Shown: positions 27,515 to 38,431 of the stretch, piece after piece
Layout of the letters: each line of letters starts with the position of its first letter
Numbering within the stretch: position 1 is the stretch's first letter
Assembly: GCA_965224025.1 (NCBI GenBank)
Contig: OZ245033.1
Location: 64,001-128,000, forward strand
Direction of reading: 5' to 3'
Length of the DNA stretch: 64,000 nucleotides
Origin: Candidatus Multivorans sp.
GTDB lineage: Bacteria > Acidobacteriota > Thermoanaerobaculia > Multivoradales > Multivoraceae
Position numbers and translations under genes: made by a program
The notes under the pieces: generated by a model
Databases searched by the model: none
Told to the model about the DNA's origin: nothing
What the model saw: the letters and a program-made list of their open reading frames with translations, nothing else

Positions 27515-28396
27515 ATGAGCAGAATGTTGAAATCCGGTCTGATCCAGATGTCGCTGCCGGAGGGCACCTGCGGGGACGGCGCGTCCGCGGACGAGGTCGC
27601 CGCGACGGTCGAGGCGATGACGGCCAAGCACATCCCGTACATCGAGGATGCGGGCCGGCAGGGCGTCCAGGTTCTCTGCCTGCAGGAGGTGTTCAACACG
27701 CCGTACTTCTGCCCCGGCCAGGACTTGAGCTGGTTCGCGGCCGCGGAGCCGGTTCCCGGCCCGACCACCGAGCGGATGGCGGAGTACGCGCGTCGCCACG
27801 CGATGGTCATCGTCGTGCCGATCTACGAGCGGGAGACGGCGGGCATCCTCTACAACACGGCGGCGGTAGTCGACGCCGACGGCAGCTACCTGGGCAAGTA
27901 CCGGAAGACGCACATTCCTCAGGTGGCCGGCTTCTGGGAGAAGTTCTTCTTCCGCCCGGGCAACCTCGGCTACCCGGTGTTCGACACCGCGTACGGCAGG
28001 GTCGGCGTCTACATCTGCTACGACCGCCACTTCCCCGAGGGCGCCCGGGCCCTGGGCTTGGCCGGCGCCGAGATCGTCTACAACCCGTCGGCCACGGTGG
28101 CGGGTCTCTCCGACCACCTGTGGACGATCGAGCAGCCCGCCCACGCGGTGGCGAACGGCTACTTCATGGGCTGCATCAACCGGGTCGGCACCGAAGAGCC
28201 GTGGGATCTCGGTTCGTTCTACGGCAGCAGCTACTTCGTCAGCCCGAGGGGGCAGATCGTCGCCCAGGCGTCAAAGGACGAAGACGAACTCCTGGTCGCG
28301 GACCTCGACCTCGGCATGATCGACGAGGTGCGGTCGGTCTGGCAGTTCTACCGCGACCGGCGACCGGAGGCCTACGACGGGCTCGTCAAGCCGTAG
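27515..28396 (+). CDS. Beta-ureidopropionase (nitrilase-family N-carbamoyl-beta-alanine amidohydrolase)
   Basis: E-K-C triad in LQEVF, YRKTHIP and ICYDRHFPEG; immediately follows hydA. Confidence 0.9.
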   Translation: MSRMLKSGLIQMSLPEGTCGDGASADEVAATVEAMTAKHIPYIEDAGRQGVQVLCLQEVFNTPYFCPGQDLSWFAAAEPVPGPTTERMAEYARRHAMVIVVPIYERETAGILYNTAAVVDADGSYLGKYRKTHIPQVAGFWEKFFFRPGNLGYPVFDTAYGRVGVYICYDRHFPEGARALGLAGAEIVYNPSATVAGLSDHLWTIEQPAHAVANGYFMGCINRVGTEEPWDLGSFYGSSYFVSPRGQIVAQASKDEDELLVADLDLGMIDEVRSVWQFYRDRRPEAYDGLVKP

Positions 28397-28451
28397 CGCG
28401 GCACTGGAACCCTGCCGGCGCGGATTCCGCCTGCGGCGGATGCGGACCAGA

Positions 28452-28515
28452 ACCCGGGCGGCGCGATCCGCGCCACCCGCGAACCAGTCCGTGTGCCCGT
28501 CATCGGGCGCACGGA
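28452..28515. repeat. ~65-bp double-hairpin dispersed repeat (family C), copy 1
   Basis: Near-identical to 43116-43179 and similar to 36096-36146. Confidence 0.85.
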
Positions 28516-28585
28516 TGGCAGGTCCGCGCACCCAGAGACAAGTCGGTGCCATGCCTTGCGCGTCAGCCCCCCTCGGCACCGACCT

Positions 28586-28784
28586 CAGCCCAGTCGGGGT
28601 TAGGAGGGGTCAGCTCCCAGGTGCCTCTGAACGAGCGACGCCCGACGACGTCGCACTCACCGACGACCAACCGGAGCGAGTGAAGCGGAGTGGGCGCCAT
28701 CCCCTCCCATCTCTTCTCAAGCGCTCACGCCACCTGGGAGCTGACCCCTCCTGCCCCAAGACGGGCGGGTGCGTCCTCCGCCGC
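28586..28784. mobile_element. ~200-bp MITE-like element (family D), copy 1
   Basis: Perfect 22-bp inverted repeats at 28602-28623 and 28731-28752; reverse-complement copy at 51429-51626. Confidence 0.8.
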
Positions 28785-28822
28785 CGCGGTGCACCTCCGT
28801 TCCTCGACGCAAGCGGCTAGCC

Positions 28823-30198
<1,376 letters not shown>

Positions 30199-30202
<4 letters not shown>

Positions 30203-32982
30203 GGCCCTTGCTCCCGCGGCGCTAGCGGCGGCGAGACCATCCGCGGCAGGCGGACGATGAACCGGCAGCCCGCAGGATCGAGGTTGGCGGCGGAGAGGTC
30301 ACCGCCGTGGCGGCGCACGATCTCCTTGCTGATGGAGAGACCGAGGCCGGTACCGCCGCTGGCCTTGCGAGTGGAGAAGAAAGGCTCGAATACACGTTCG
30401 AGGTGCTGTTCGCGAATGCCGGGGCCCGTGTCGTCGATAAGTACGTTGATCTGGCCGTCCAGGTTTCGCACCGTGAGCGTGAGGCATCTCGGTCCCGAGC
30501 CTTCTTCCGTCATCGCGTCGACCGCGTTCGCGAGCAGGTTGGCGAGCACCTGGCCCAGCTCGGTGTCGTTGCCGAGCACCCAGACCGTGTCGTCATGGTC
30601 GAGGTCGACGTGGACTTCGACGCCCGCCTCGGCGAAACGCTCGGCGAGCATGTCGCAGCTCTCCTGGATGACGGCGCCCAGGTCGACGGCGGCGGGCTCG
30701 TGCCGGCCACGGCGCGCGAAGTCCAGCAGCGTGTTCACGATGCGGGCGGCGCGGAAGGTCTGGCGCTCGACCTTGCGCAGCAGGCGCCGGCGCGGATCCC
30801 GGTCGGAGGTCTCGGCGAGGAGCATCTGGGCGTAGCTCGAGATGCCGGTCAGCGGCGTGTTCACCTCGTGGGCGACGCCGGCGGCCATGGCGCCGATCGC
30901 CACCAGGCGCTGGTTCTCGGCCAGTTTCCGCTTCATCGCTTCGCGTTCGGTGATGTCGAGGGCGACAACGACCCGGTGACCGTGGACGGCGCCCAGAAAC
31001 TCGGCGGCCGACAACTGCAACTGCTGCTCGCGCCCCTGCGAGTCCTCGAACCGGACCTCGACCGGCGGGTCGCCCTGCTTGGGGAAGAGCCGGAGAGGGA
31101 TCAGGTCGTCGAGGGCCTGGCCCTCGAGATCGCTCCGGGTGAGCGCGACGAGGGCCGCGAAGGCGCCGTTCGCGGTCACGATCCGATTCGCGGAGTCGAC
31201 GACGGCGATGCCGGCGGGGGAGGACTCGATGATCTCGTCGCTGAACTGCTTGAGTTCGGAGACGCGGTCCAACTGCCGCCGTCTCTGTTCGAGCAGTTGC
31301 GCGTTCTCGATCGCCAGCGCCGCCTGGTTCAGCAATTGGCGAATCAATGCCAGGTCGTCCCTGGACAGCGGTGCGCCGCCTGTGTGGTGGCCGACGTACA
31401 GGAGGCCGACCCGGCGATCGCGCACCTCCAGCGGGAAGACGTAGTGATAGCCGAGGACCGAGAGCCGCATCGGGGTGCTCTTCGCGGCGTCGGCGAGCGG
31501 TGCCGGCGCCAGCAGGAAGTGGGGCTCGCTCCAGACGAGAACGTCCACTTCACTGAGTTCGAGGGCGTGCGCCTCCGGTTCCTCCCTGACCGCGACGAGC
31601 TGATCGCCCTCGACCAGGAACAGGTTGCTCTGCTCGAGGTCCAGCCCCTCTTCCAGCTCCTTCAGCATGATCGAGGCGAGCCGGCCGAGATCCCGTTCGT
31701 GGAGCAGTTCTTCGCCCAGCCGCTCGAGGGCGCGCCGGCTCTGCTGCGCCCGGTACTGGAGCCGCTGGAGGCCGGTGCCGATGCCCCGCTTGACCGGGAT
31801 CGAGAGGGTGCCGATGACCAGAAGAGCGCTGGCGTTGAGAAAGCCCCTGGCGACGACCATGTCTTGGGACACGCCGCGGCGGATGAGCAGGCTGAGCAGG
31901 GAGAACCCGAGCACGGCCAGCAGCACGGTGAGAGCGTAGGTCGCGACATCGCGGGCGATCACGGCCACGTCCCAGAGCCGGTAGCGCAGCAGGGCGTAGG
32001 CGAAGCTCAACGGCACCAGCGCCAGGGGCGCCGTGGCGGCGACGCTCAGCCAGGCGGGCGCCGGGAGCTCGAGGGAGAAGGGCACGACGTAGAGCAGCAG
32101 GAACGGCAGGTAGCCGCCGGCAACGCCGAACGCGATCCACTGCGTCTGGCGGCCCTGTTCCCAGCCGCGACGGGACAGCAGACTGCGACCGAGGACCGCG
32201 GCCGCCGCCAGCGCGTAGACGACGAGCAGGACGAGTTCGATGCGGTCCTGCTGCTCCATGGTGGCTGCGTTCAACCCGCCGGTGAGCATTCCGTTGCCGA
32301 AGATCTGGTCGAACTGCACGACCAGGAGTGCCGTGGCCGGCAGGTAGAGCCAGGGCACGGCGCGCCGCAGCCAGCGGGACCGCGGCCGCGCCGGGAACAC
32401 GAGGAAGAAGTGCAGGGTGAGGGGCGGCAGCAGGAGGCGGCAGACGCTGTCGACCAGGTAGAAGATGCGGTCGATGCCGTCGTAGGGCGCGGCCGGCGTC
32501 AGCAAGTAGACGGCGGCCGACGTCAACGTCCAGAGGTGGAAGAGCAGGATGGGCCGGCTGCGCTGCCGGCTCAGCGTGTAGAGGCCGATCAGCAGGTAGG
32601 CGATCCCGGTCAGGGCCAGCACGAGGTAGGACCAGTCCAGGGTCACCCCGGGCAGGCTGTGGCGGGCCGAAACCAGTTCGTCGTCCCGAAGCACCTGCAG
32701 GTCGCTCTCGCTGCAACAGCGCAGCAACCGGTCCAGTTCGTCGGCGGAGAGCGCCCGTTCCCCGTTGACCAGGACGACGATGTCGCCGGTCTCCAGGCCG
32801 GATGCCTCGTCTGCCGACGCCACGCGCAGTCCGCTGTCGGTCGCCTCGGCCACGAGGCCGATCGTCTGGAAGGAGGCCACCTTGCGGCCGACCGAGAACC
32901 CGCCCAGCCCGACGACCAGAATGGTCAGCAGGAGCAACGCCGCGGTGAGGCCGAGTCGGGCCGGTCGGGACTCGATGCGCAT
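30199..32982 (-). CDS. Multi-TM sensor histidine kinase (PDZ-like, TM, GAF, PAS, HisKA, HATPase)
   Basis: H-box AHEVNTPL, N-box NLLANAVDA, DTGPGI, FEPFFST and GTGLGL; many TM helices. Confidence 0.93.
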
Positions 32983-33070
32983 CCGGGATCTGCTTCTTGT
33001 GGGGTGTGGCTTCTTAGTCTCAGGCGCGGCCCGGGGCTACCCTTGTGGGGGCCTAATCAGTATGTCCTAT

Positions 33071-33086
33071 AGCACGTGCTGTGCCA
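33071..33086 (-). promoter_or_regulatory. Sigma-54 -24/-12 promoter for the kinase-regulator operon
   Basis: Minus strand TGGCACAGCACGTGCT gives GG-N10-GC, about 90 bp upstream of the kinase ATG in an AT-richer intergenic region. Confidence 0.7.
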
Positions 33087-33307
33087 CCGGACATCGGCGC
33101 TTGGCCCTTGATTCTACGGCAGGTTAGCTGCGCGTGGGTTGGCGGATGTTCAATCTATTGATTGCGGAACGGTCTGTTGAAGTTCTTGGGCGCATGGCAC
33201 GGACTCTTGGATTCAAGATCCGGAGCTTCTCAACAGAAGCAGCGCGGGAGCTTCGCCAAGTCGACGCCGTCCAGCCCGTTCGGTTCCGGCGGGGGCCAGT
33301 GACTCGC

Positions 33308-35374
33308 CTAGAAGCGGACCGCGATCCCAGCCACGATGCGGCGGCGGAGCTGGTCGGGGTCGTGGCTGGAACTGATCGGCACGTGTCCGCGGCTGAGTTG
33401 CATCTCGAGCTGCAGGGCCCAGTTCTGCGGTCCCGTGACCCAGGGCAGGCCCTGGGTCAGCACGACCTGGATGCGCTCCACGGAGAGCACGGTGTCCCGA
33501 CCGCCGGCGGGCCGGAAGTCGGCGGCGTCGTGGGTCACGGGCGAGAGTCCCTGTTCGACCCAGCGGTAGGCGACCAGGACGCCGGTCGAGCTGCGCTCGA
33601 ACTGGGTGTCGGCGCTGGCGACGAGGTAGCGGACCTCGTTGCGGAAACTGCCGCTGCCGCCTCTGGCGCGCAGCAGACCGCCGCCGCCGGCGGCCGCCGA
33701 GGAACTGACGCGGGTCAGGATCTTCTCGCCCAGGCGCTGCTGCAGACCGAACTGAAGTTCCTCGACCTGGTCGCCGTCGACCAGCAGCAGGCTCTCCAGC
33801 CGGTCGAAGATGTCGCGGCTGAAGTACAACCGGACGTTGTCGGCGAACTGCCGCCGGTTGGCGCCGAACTCGAAGCGATGGTCCTGGTCCGATGCGCCGA
33901 GCCGGCGGCTGAGCTTGACCCGGTAGCAGTGCTCGTAGGCCGTGCCGCAGGCTTCGTCGTCCTGGTACTGCACCGGCAGGAAGTCGCGGAAGAGAAGCTC
34001 TTCGGAGTCGACCCGCTGGCTGGCCGCGATCCTGGCCAGCCAGCGCGAACCGAGTTCGACCACGAAGCCGGCCTGAGGCGTGAACGAGAGACTGCCGTCG
34101 CTCAGGGTGCTGAACATCCCGTACTCGAGGACGACGGTGGGCTGGATCTCCCAGTCGCCCTGACCGAAGACGTCGAAGCGCTGGTGGGAATCCTCGCCCC
34201 AACTGGAAAACCGGCCGTTGCCGTAGGCCTGCCGTTCGCGGTAGCTGACGCCGGTCTCAAGCGACGTGGTGGCGGTGATCTGCCGCTCGTAGGCGCCGCG
34301 AAACTCCAGGGTGGTCGACGACATCGGTGAATCGATCGCGGCCAGCGCCTGGCTGTGTACCCCGCTGGGGCCGGCGTAGAGATCGCCGAAGCCGTGATGG
34401 AAGTTGTTGTCCGCGGTGTAGCGGGCCTCGAAGTGCGAGGCGCCGCCGCCGGCCGCCTGTTCCAGGCGCACGCCGTAGCTCTCCAGACCGGCGCCCGCGG
34501 CGGAGTCCCAGTCGTCCAAGGCCCCGGCCTGGGCGCCTTGGAAGCGGTGACGCTGCGACGTGAACTGGATGTTGGAGCCCCGGCGGTTCACGTTGAGCGC
34601 GAAGGCATGGCTGTCGCCGAGCGGCTGCTGGGCCGTATCGGTACGGAAGGCCTGACGCTTGAACTCGCGCAGATCGGAGCGGAGGGCGAGCTGCGTTTCG
34701 CCGAACTGGCTGCGGAGATCGAGCTGGCTGCCCAGAACCCGGGCGCCGGCCCCGCCGGCCTCTTCGATGCCGGAAAGGGTCCGTAGCTCCGCCTCGAATC
34801 GCTCCCGCTGAATCGCCGTCTCTAGCGCCCAGCCCTGGTCGTCGGCAATCGCCTCGGCGATCTGGATCTGGCGCAGCACGTCGCTGGGGATGCGCGCGCG
34901 GACCGACCAGAAGTCCTCTTCGTCCTCCTCGCCGCCCTTGCCGGAGCGGTGCCCCCGGGCGCCCAGCTCGAAGTCGAGCGACTGGACCGATTCGCTCGTG
35001 GTCCGGGTCAGTTCCACCACCGCGGGAACGTATCCCGGCCGGTGGGCGATCACCCGGTAGATACCCGCGGACAGGGGCTGGAAGGCATAGCGCCCGAATC
35101 GATCGGTCGTCGTCCGGAGCTTGCTGCTGTCGGCGACGTCGTAGACGTAGACCTGGGCCGCGGGCAGCGGCGCCTTGCCGGCATTGACGCGGCCGACCAG
35201 CCGCCCCGATGTCGGATCGCCGAGGCTGGGCACGTCGAGGCCCGCCCGGAGCGGCGCGGCGGCGAACAGCGCGACCGCGGCGACCGGCGCCAGGACTCCA
35301 GCCGAGAGCAGGCGCGCGCGCGCCAGGGTCGACCCGGAGTCGCCGGGATGGTTCCGGCAATTCATGTCAGCCAC
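33308..35374 (-). CDS. Outer-membrane protein with carboxypeptidase-regulatory-like domain and beta-barrel
   Basis: Signal-like segment, TTTDRFGRYAF..AGIYRVIA domain, alternating beta pattern and C-terminal IAVRF. Confidence 0.75.
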   Translation of the reverse strand: MADMNCRNHPGDSGSTLARARLLSAGVLAPVAAVALFAAAPLRAGLDVPSLGDPTSGRLVGRVNAGKAPLPAAQVYVYDVADSSKLRTTTDRFGRYAFQPLSAGIYRVIAHRPGYVPAVVELTRTTSESVQSLDFELGARGHRSGKGGEEDEEDFWSVRARIPSDVLRQIQIAEAIADDQGWALETAIQRERFEAELRTLSGIEEAGGAGARVLGSQLDLRSQFGETQLALRSDLREFKRQAFRTDTAQQPLGDSHAFALNVNRRGSNIQFTSQRHRFQGAQAGALDDWDSAAGAGLESYGVRLEQAAGGGASHFEARYTADNNFHHGFGDLYAGPSGVHSQALAAIDSPMSSTTLEFRGAYERQITATTSLETGVSYRERQAYGNGRFSSWGEDSHQRFDVFGQGDWEIQPTVVLEYGMFSTLSDGSLSFTPQAGFVVELGSRWLARIAASQRVDSEELLFRDFLPVQYQDDEACGTAYEHCYRVKLSRRLGASDQDHRFEFGANRRQFADNVRLYFSRDIFDRLESLLLVDGDQVEELQFGLQQRLGEKILTRVSSSAAAGGGGLLRARGGSGSFRNEVRYLVASADTQFERSSTGVLVAYRWVEQGLSPVTHDAADFRPAGGRDTVLSVERIQVVLTQGLPWVTGPQNWALQLEMQLSRGHVPISSSHDPDQLRRRIVAGIAVRF

Positions 35375-36143
35375 TGACTATAGCGGATGAGTCGGCCGGT
35401 AGACCGAGTGTCCGCGCCGGCACAAAGACGATGACCTCCGCCGCGCCCGCGGCCCGCAGGCACCGGGCGGCCCGACCGGCCGTGGCGCCCGTGGTGACGA
35501 CATCGTCGACCAGGAGCACGACGCGGTCACGGACGTCGGCGGGGCGGGGGCAGTGGAACACGACGGTCGGGTTGGCGAGCCGCTGGCGCCGGCTCCGGCC
35601 GACCTGCGGCCGGCCCAGGGTCCGCCGTCGCAGCGCGGAGCGCAGGGGGCGCTCGAGCTGCCCGGCCAGCGGGCGGGCGATCGACTCGGCATGGTTTCGG
35701 CCGCGGACGAGGCGGCGGCGCCAGTGCATCGGCATCGGGACGATCAACTCCGCGCGGCGCAGTTCCATTCCCAGCGCGCCCACCGCCTCGGCCGCGATGT
35801 GGCGGCCCAGGTAGTCGAGGCGCTGGTGCTTCAGTCCCAGGATCACCTTGTCGATCGGCGGCCGGTACACCCAGAGCCAGAAGAAGGCGTCGCAGCCCTC
35901 CAGCCGGTCACCGGCCGCGGCGCCGCGCGGAGGCGGCGCCAGCAGGCGGCGGCAGTTCGGGCACAGGCTGAGCTCCCGCTGCGCCGGAGCGGAGCAGGCG
36001 AGACAGACCCGGGGCAGGAGCAGGTGAAGGGCGAGGGCAAGGACGCGTCGCGCGCAGTTCCCCGCGCTCCGGCCAAGGCGTAGCGCCGCGGCCCGGATCC
36101 GCGCCACTCGCGAACCAGTCCGGGCGCGAGTCATCGAGCGCAC
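35367..36143 (-). CDS. comF: ComF family protein (zinc ribbon + phosphoribosyltransferase)
   Basis: CxxC...CxxC, VPMPMHWRR..RGRNH and LLVDDVVTTGAT. Start uncertain because it overlaps a repeat. Confidence 0.85.
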   Translation of the reverse strand: MRSMTRARTGSRVARIRAAALRLGRSAGNCARRVLALALHLLLPRVCLACSAPAQRELSLCPNCRRLLAPPPRGAAAGDRLEGCDAFFWLWVYRPPIDKVILGLKHQRLDYLGRHIAAEAVGALGMELRRAELIVPMPMHWRRRLVRGRNHAESIARPLAGQLERPLRSALRRRTLGRPQVGRSRRQRLANPTVVFHCPRPADVRDRVVLLVDDVVTTGATAGRAARCLRAAGAAEVIVFVPARTLGLPADSSAIVSG

Positions 36144-36146
36144 GGA
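36096..36146. repeat. Family C repeat, degenerate copy 2
   Basis: GATCCGCGCCACTCGCGAACCAGTCCG...GTCATCGAGCGCACGGA matches the 28452 and 43116 copies. Confidence 0.75.
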
Positions 36147-36314
36147 GGGACGTTCTGGCGCCGGGATCCGTAGAACGAAGTAGGCAGTCTTCCGGTGGGT
36201 GGGCCGTTTTCGGTCATTCCTGCCGACAAGGACGAATTCCGCCCGCCCTTCGTGGTGCCGGGTGTCGTGGGGTGCTGGTTGCTAGAGTCCCGGCGCGCCT
36301 ATAAGGAGATTCAC

Positions 36315-36893
36315 TTGACCGCATCGGATCCTCAGTCCCGTCCCGGCTGCGCGCGCCCGTGGGCGCCGCGACGCGTTTACCGTCCCGTCGTTCTGTTGAT
36401 GGCGACGGTCCTCCTGCTGCTCGTCGGCGCGGGCACGGCCGCGGCCCAGGAGCGGTACAGCTACACCGTCACGCTCAGCCCCACGGTCGGCGGCAGTTTC
36501 AGCGAGGGAACGGACGAAGGAGGCGTCCAGGCCGCGTTCTCCTGGCGTACGCAGCCTCGCACCGCGGTCGGGATTCGTTTCGGCAGCATCGGTCTCAGCG
36601 GCGATCAGTTGGGCGCCCTGGCGAGCCCGACCTTCCGCTACGCGACGATCGCGGGTGAGTACCGCTTCCAGGAGCTCTACTACCAGTCCGGTGTGTTCTT
36701 CGGCCTCGGTCTCTACCAACTCGGCAGCGGCGTGGACTCGGAAGAGGGCCCCGGTCTGACCCTCGGCGTCTCCGGCGACTTCCCGATCAACGAGCGTCTG
36801 TCCGTGGTCGTCGAGCTCTCGGGCCACTACGCGGACATCGATGTCGCCAGCACCTACGCCGCCGTCCATGTGGGCGTGGCGTACCAGTTCTAG
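36315..36893 (+). CDS. Small outer-membrane beta-barrel protein
   Basis: SD AAGGAG with TTG start, signal peptide ending AAA-Q, amphipathic strands and C-terminal VGVAYQF. Confidence 0.75.
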   Translation: MTASDPQSRPGCARPWAPRRVYRPVVLLMATVLLLLVGAGTAAAQERYSYTVTLSPTVGGSFSEGTDEGGVQAAFSWRTQPRTAVGIRFGSIGLSGDQLGALASPTFRYATIAGEYRFQELYYQSGVFFGLGLYQLGSGVDSEEGPGLTLGVSGDFPINERLSVVVELSGHYADIDVASTYAAVHVGVAYQF

Positions 36894-36978
36894 CTGCCAG
36901 GGGCCGCGGGGAGCCGGATCGTCCTTGCTGGCAGCTGGTGCCGGAGACTGCTGCCAATTGATATATTCCGCCGCTGTC

Positions 36979-37329
36979 ATGCCTCTCTACGAGTACCGCT
37001 GCACGGAGTGCGAGGCCACGCTGGAGGCGATCCAGGCGTTCGCCGCGCCGCCGCTGGAGGAGTGTCCGGAGTGCGGCCGGAGCAGCCTGAAGAAGCTGCT
37101 CTCCGCGCCCGCATTCCAGTTCAAGGGCAGCGGCTGGTACGTGAACGACTACGCGCGCAAGGACAAGAGCCGGGCCGGGGACGCCAAGTCCGACGGCGCA
37201 GCGGCGAATGGCAACGGCTCGGGCGGCAACGGCAAGTCCGAGGCGAAGGAGCCGTCGGACACGGGCAAGACGGACGGCGCCTCGACCTCCTCCGCCAAGC
37301 CCAAGAGTTCCAAATCCGCCGCCTCGTAG
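36979..37329 (+). CDS. FmdB-family zinc-ribbon regulatory protein
   Basis: MPLYEYRCTEC...CPECG...FKGSGWYVNDY with a low-complexity tail. Confidence 0.92.
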   Translation: MPLYEYRCTECEATLEAIQAFAAPPLEECPECGRSSLKKLLSAPAFQFKGSGWYVNDYARKDKSRAGDAKSDGAAANGNGSGGNGKSEAKEPSDTGKTDGASTSSAKPKSSKSAAS

Positions 37330-37410
37330 CGGCGTCCGCCGCGCCGTCCCCCAGGCTGCGGGGCGCGGTGAGGCATCACGCCCCGGACCAGCGACTTGTG
37401 AAGACGCCGG

Positions 37411-37510
37411 TGGCGGAAGCGCATGGGAATCGAACCCACCCCCGGTGACGCATCACGCTCCGGACAACGGTTTTGAAGACCGCGGGAGGCACCAGCCCCC
37501 GAGCGCTTCC
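37411..37510 (-). tRNA. selC: tRNA-Sec (anticodon UCA)
   Basis: 8-bp acceptor stem GGAAGCGC/GCGCTTCC plus GCCA; 6-bp D-stem with 4-nt loop; anticodon loop CTTCAAA; long variable arm; T-loop TTCGATT. Confidence 0.93.
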
Positions 37511-37577
37511 ACCGGGCAGCATATCCTCGGCCCACCGGTCCAGCGCCGGACTCCATGACCGAAACAGGAGCCCTACG

Positions 37578-38201
37578 ATGACGACGAGGAGCGCAGCGAT
37601 GAGGATCTCGACCGTCCACCTGCTGCCCCGCGTGCCGGCGCTCGGCCTGGCGCTCCTGCTCCTTGCCTGCGGCCCCGATGCGCCCGCCCAGGGAAACGCC
37701 GGCGCCGAGGAAGCAGCCCAGGCCGTCGAGCTGTCGGCGCCGGTCAGCGCCAACGGCGTGTCGATAGCGCTGCCGGCGGCGTGGAACCGGGTCGAACCCC
37801 GGTCGAGGATGCGCATGCTGGAGGCCGAGATTCCCGGTACGGGCGGCGTGGGCGAGATCTCGATGTACTACTTCGGGCCCGGCGGCGGCGGCGGCGCGGC
37901 GGCGAACGTCGAACGCTGGAAGAGCCAGGTCGTCCTCGAAGCCGGCGCTCCCGAGCCCATCACCCGGAGCCGGGAGAGCAATGGCGTCCGCCGCATCTGG
38001 ATCGAGCTCGAGGGCACGGTCGAGGCGAGCACGATCGGCAGCTTTCCGACCACGGACCAGCCGGACTTCGCGCTCTACGGCGCGGTCATCGAAGCGCCCG
38101 GCGGCCCCTGGTTCCTGCGCGCCGTCGGCCCAGCAGCGACGATGCGAGAGCAGCGCCAGGCGTTCCTGGCCATGCTCGACAGCGCCCGCCCGGAGGGCTA
38201 G
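37578..38201 (+). CDS. Putative lipoprotein
   Basis: Lipobox LLLLAC; ANVERWKSQ and GPWFLRAVGP segments. Start at 37578 or 37599. Confidence 0.75.
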   Translation: MTTRSAAMRISTVHLLPRVPALGLALLLLACGPDAPAQGNAGAEEAAQAVELSAPVSANGVSIALPAAWNRVEPRSRMRMLEAEIPGTGGVGEISMYYFGPGGGGGAAANVERWKSQVVLEAGAPEPITRSRESNGVRRIWIELEGTVEASTIGSFPTTDQPDFALYGAVIEAPGGPWFLRAVGPAATMREQRQAFLAMLDSARPEG

Positions 38202-38317
38202 CCAAGGAGGCTGAGCCGCCCACGCGGGGATCGGAGGGGCTTCTGGCGCCGGCGTGGCGAGTGGCGGGGAAGCGGGCTTTGCCGAGGCAAGGCCGCGAGG
38301 TTTCGAGCCGACCGGAA

Positions 38318-38393
<76 letters not shown>

Positions 38394-38431
38394 ACGGGTC
38401 GGCGGCGCGTGAGTGTAGCAGCAGGCTGACG

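Noticed and set aside
33196-33211. Plus-strand TGGCACGGACTCTTGG as a sigma-54 promoter
   Set aside because: The GG-N10-GC spacing is not met and no plus-strand gene follows.
37376-37816. Minus-strand ORF with a hydrophobic stretch
   Set aside because: It overlaps tRNA-Sec and is antisense to a better-supported lipoprotein gene.
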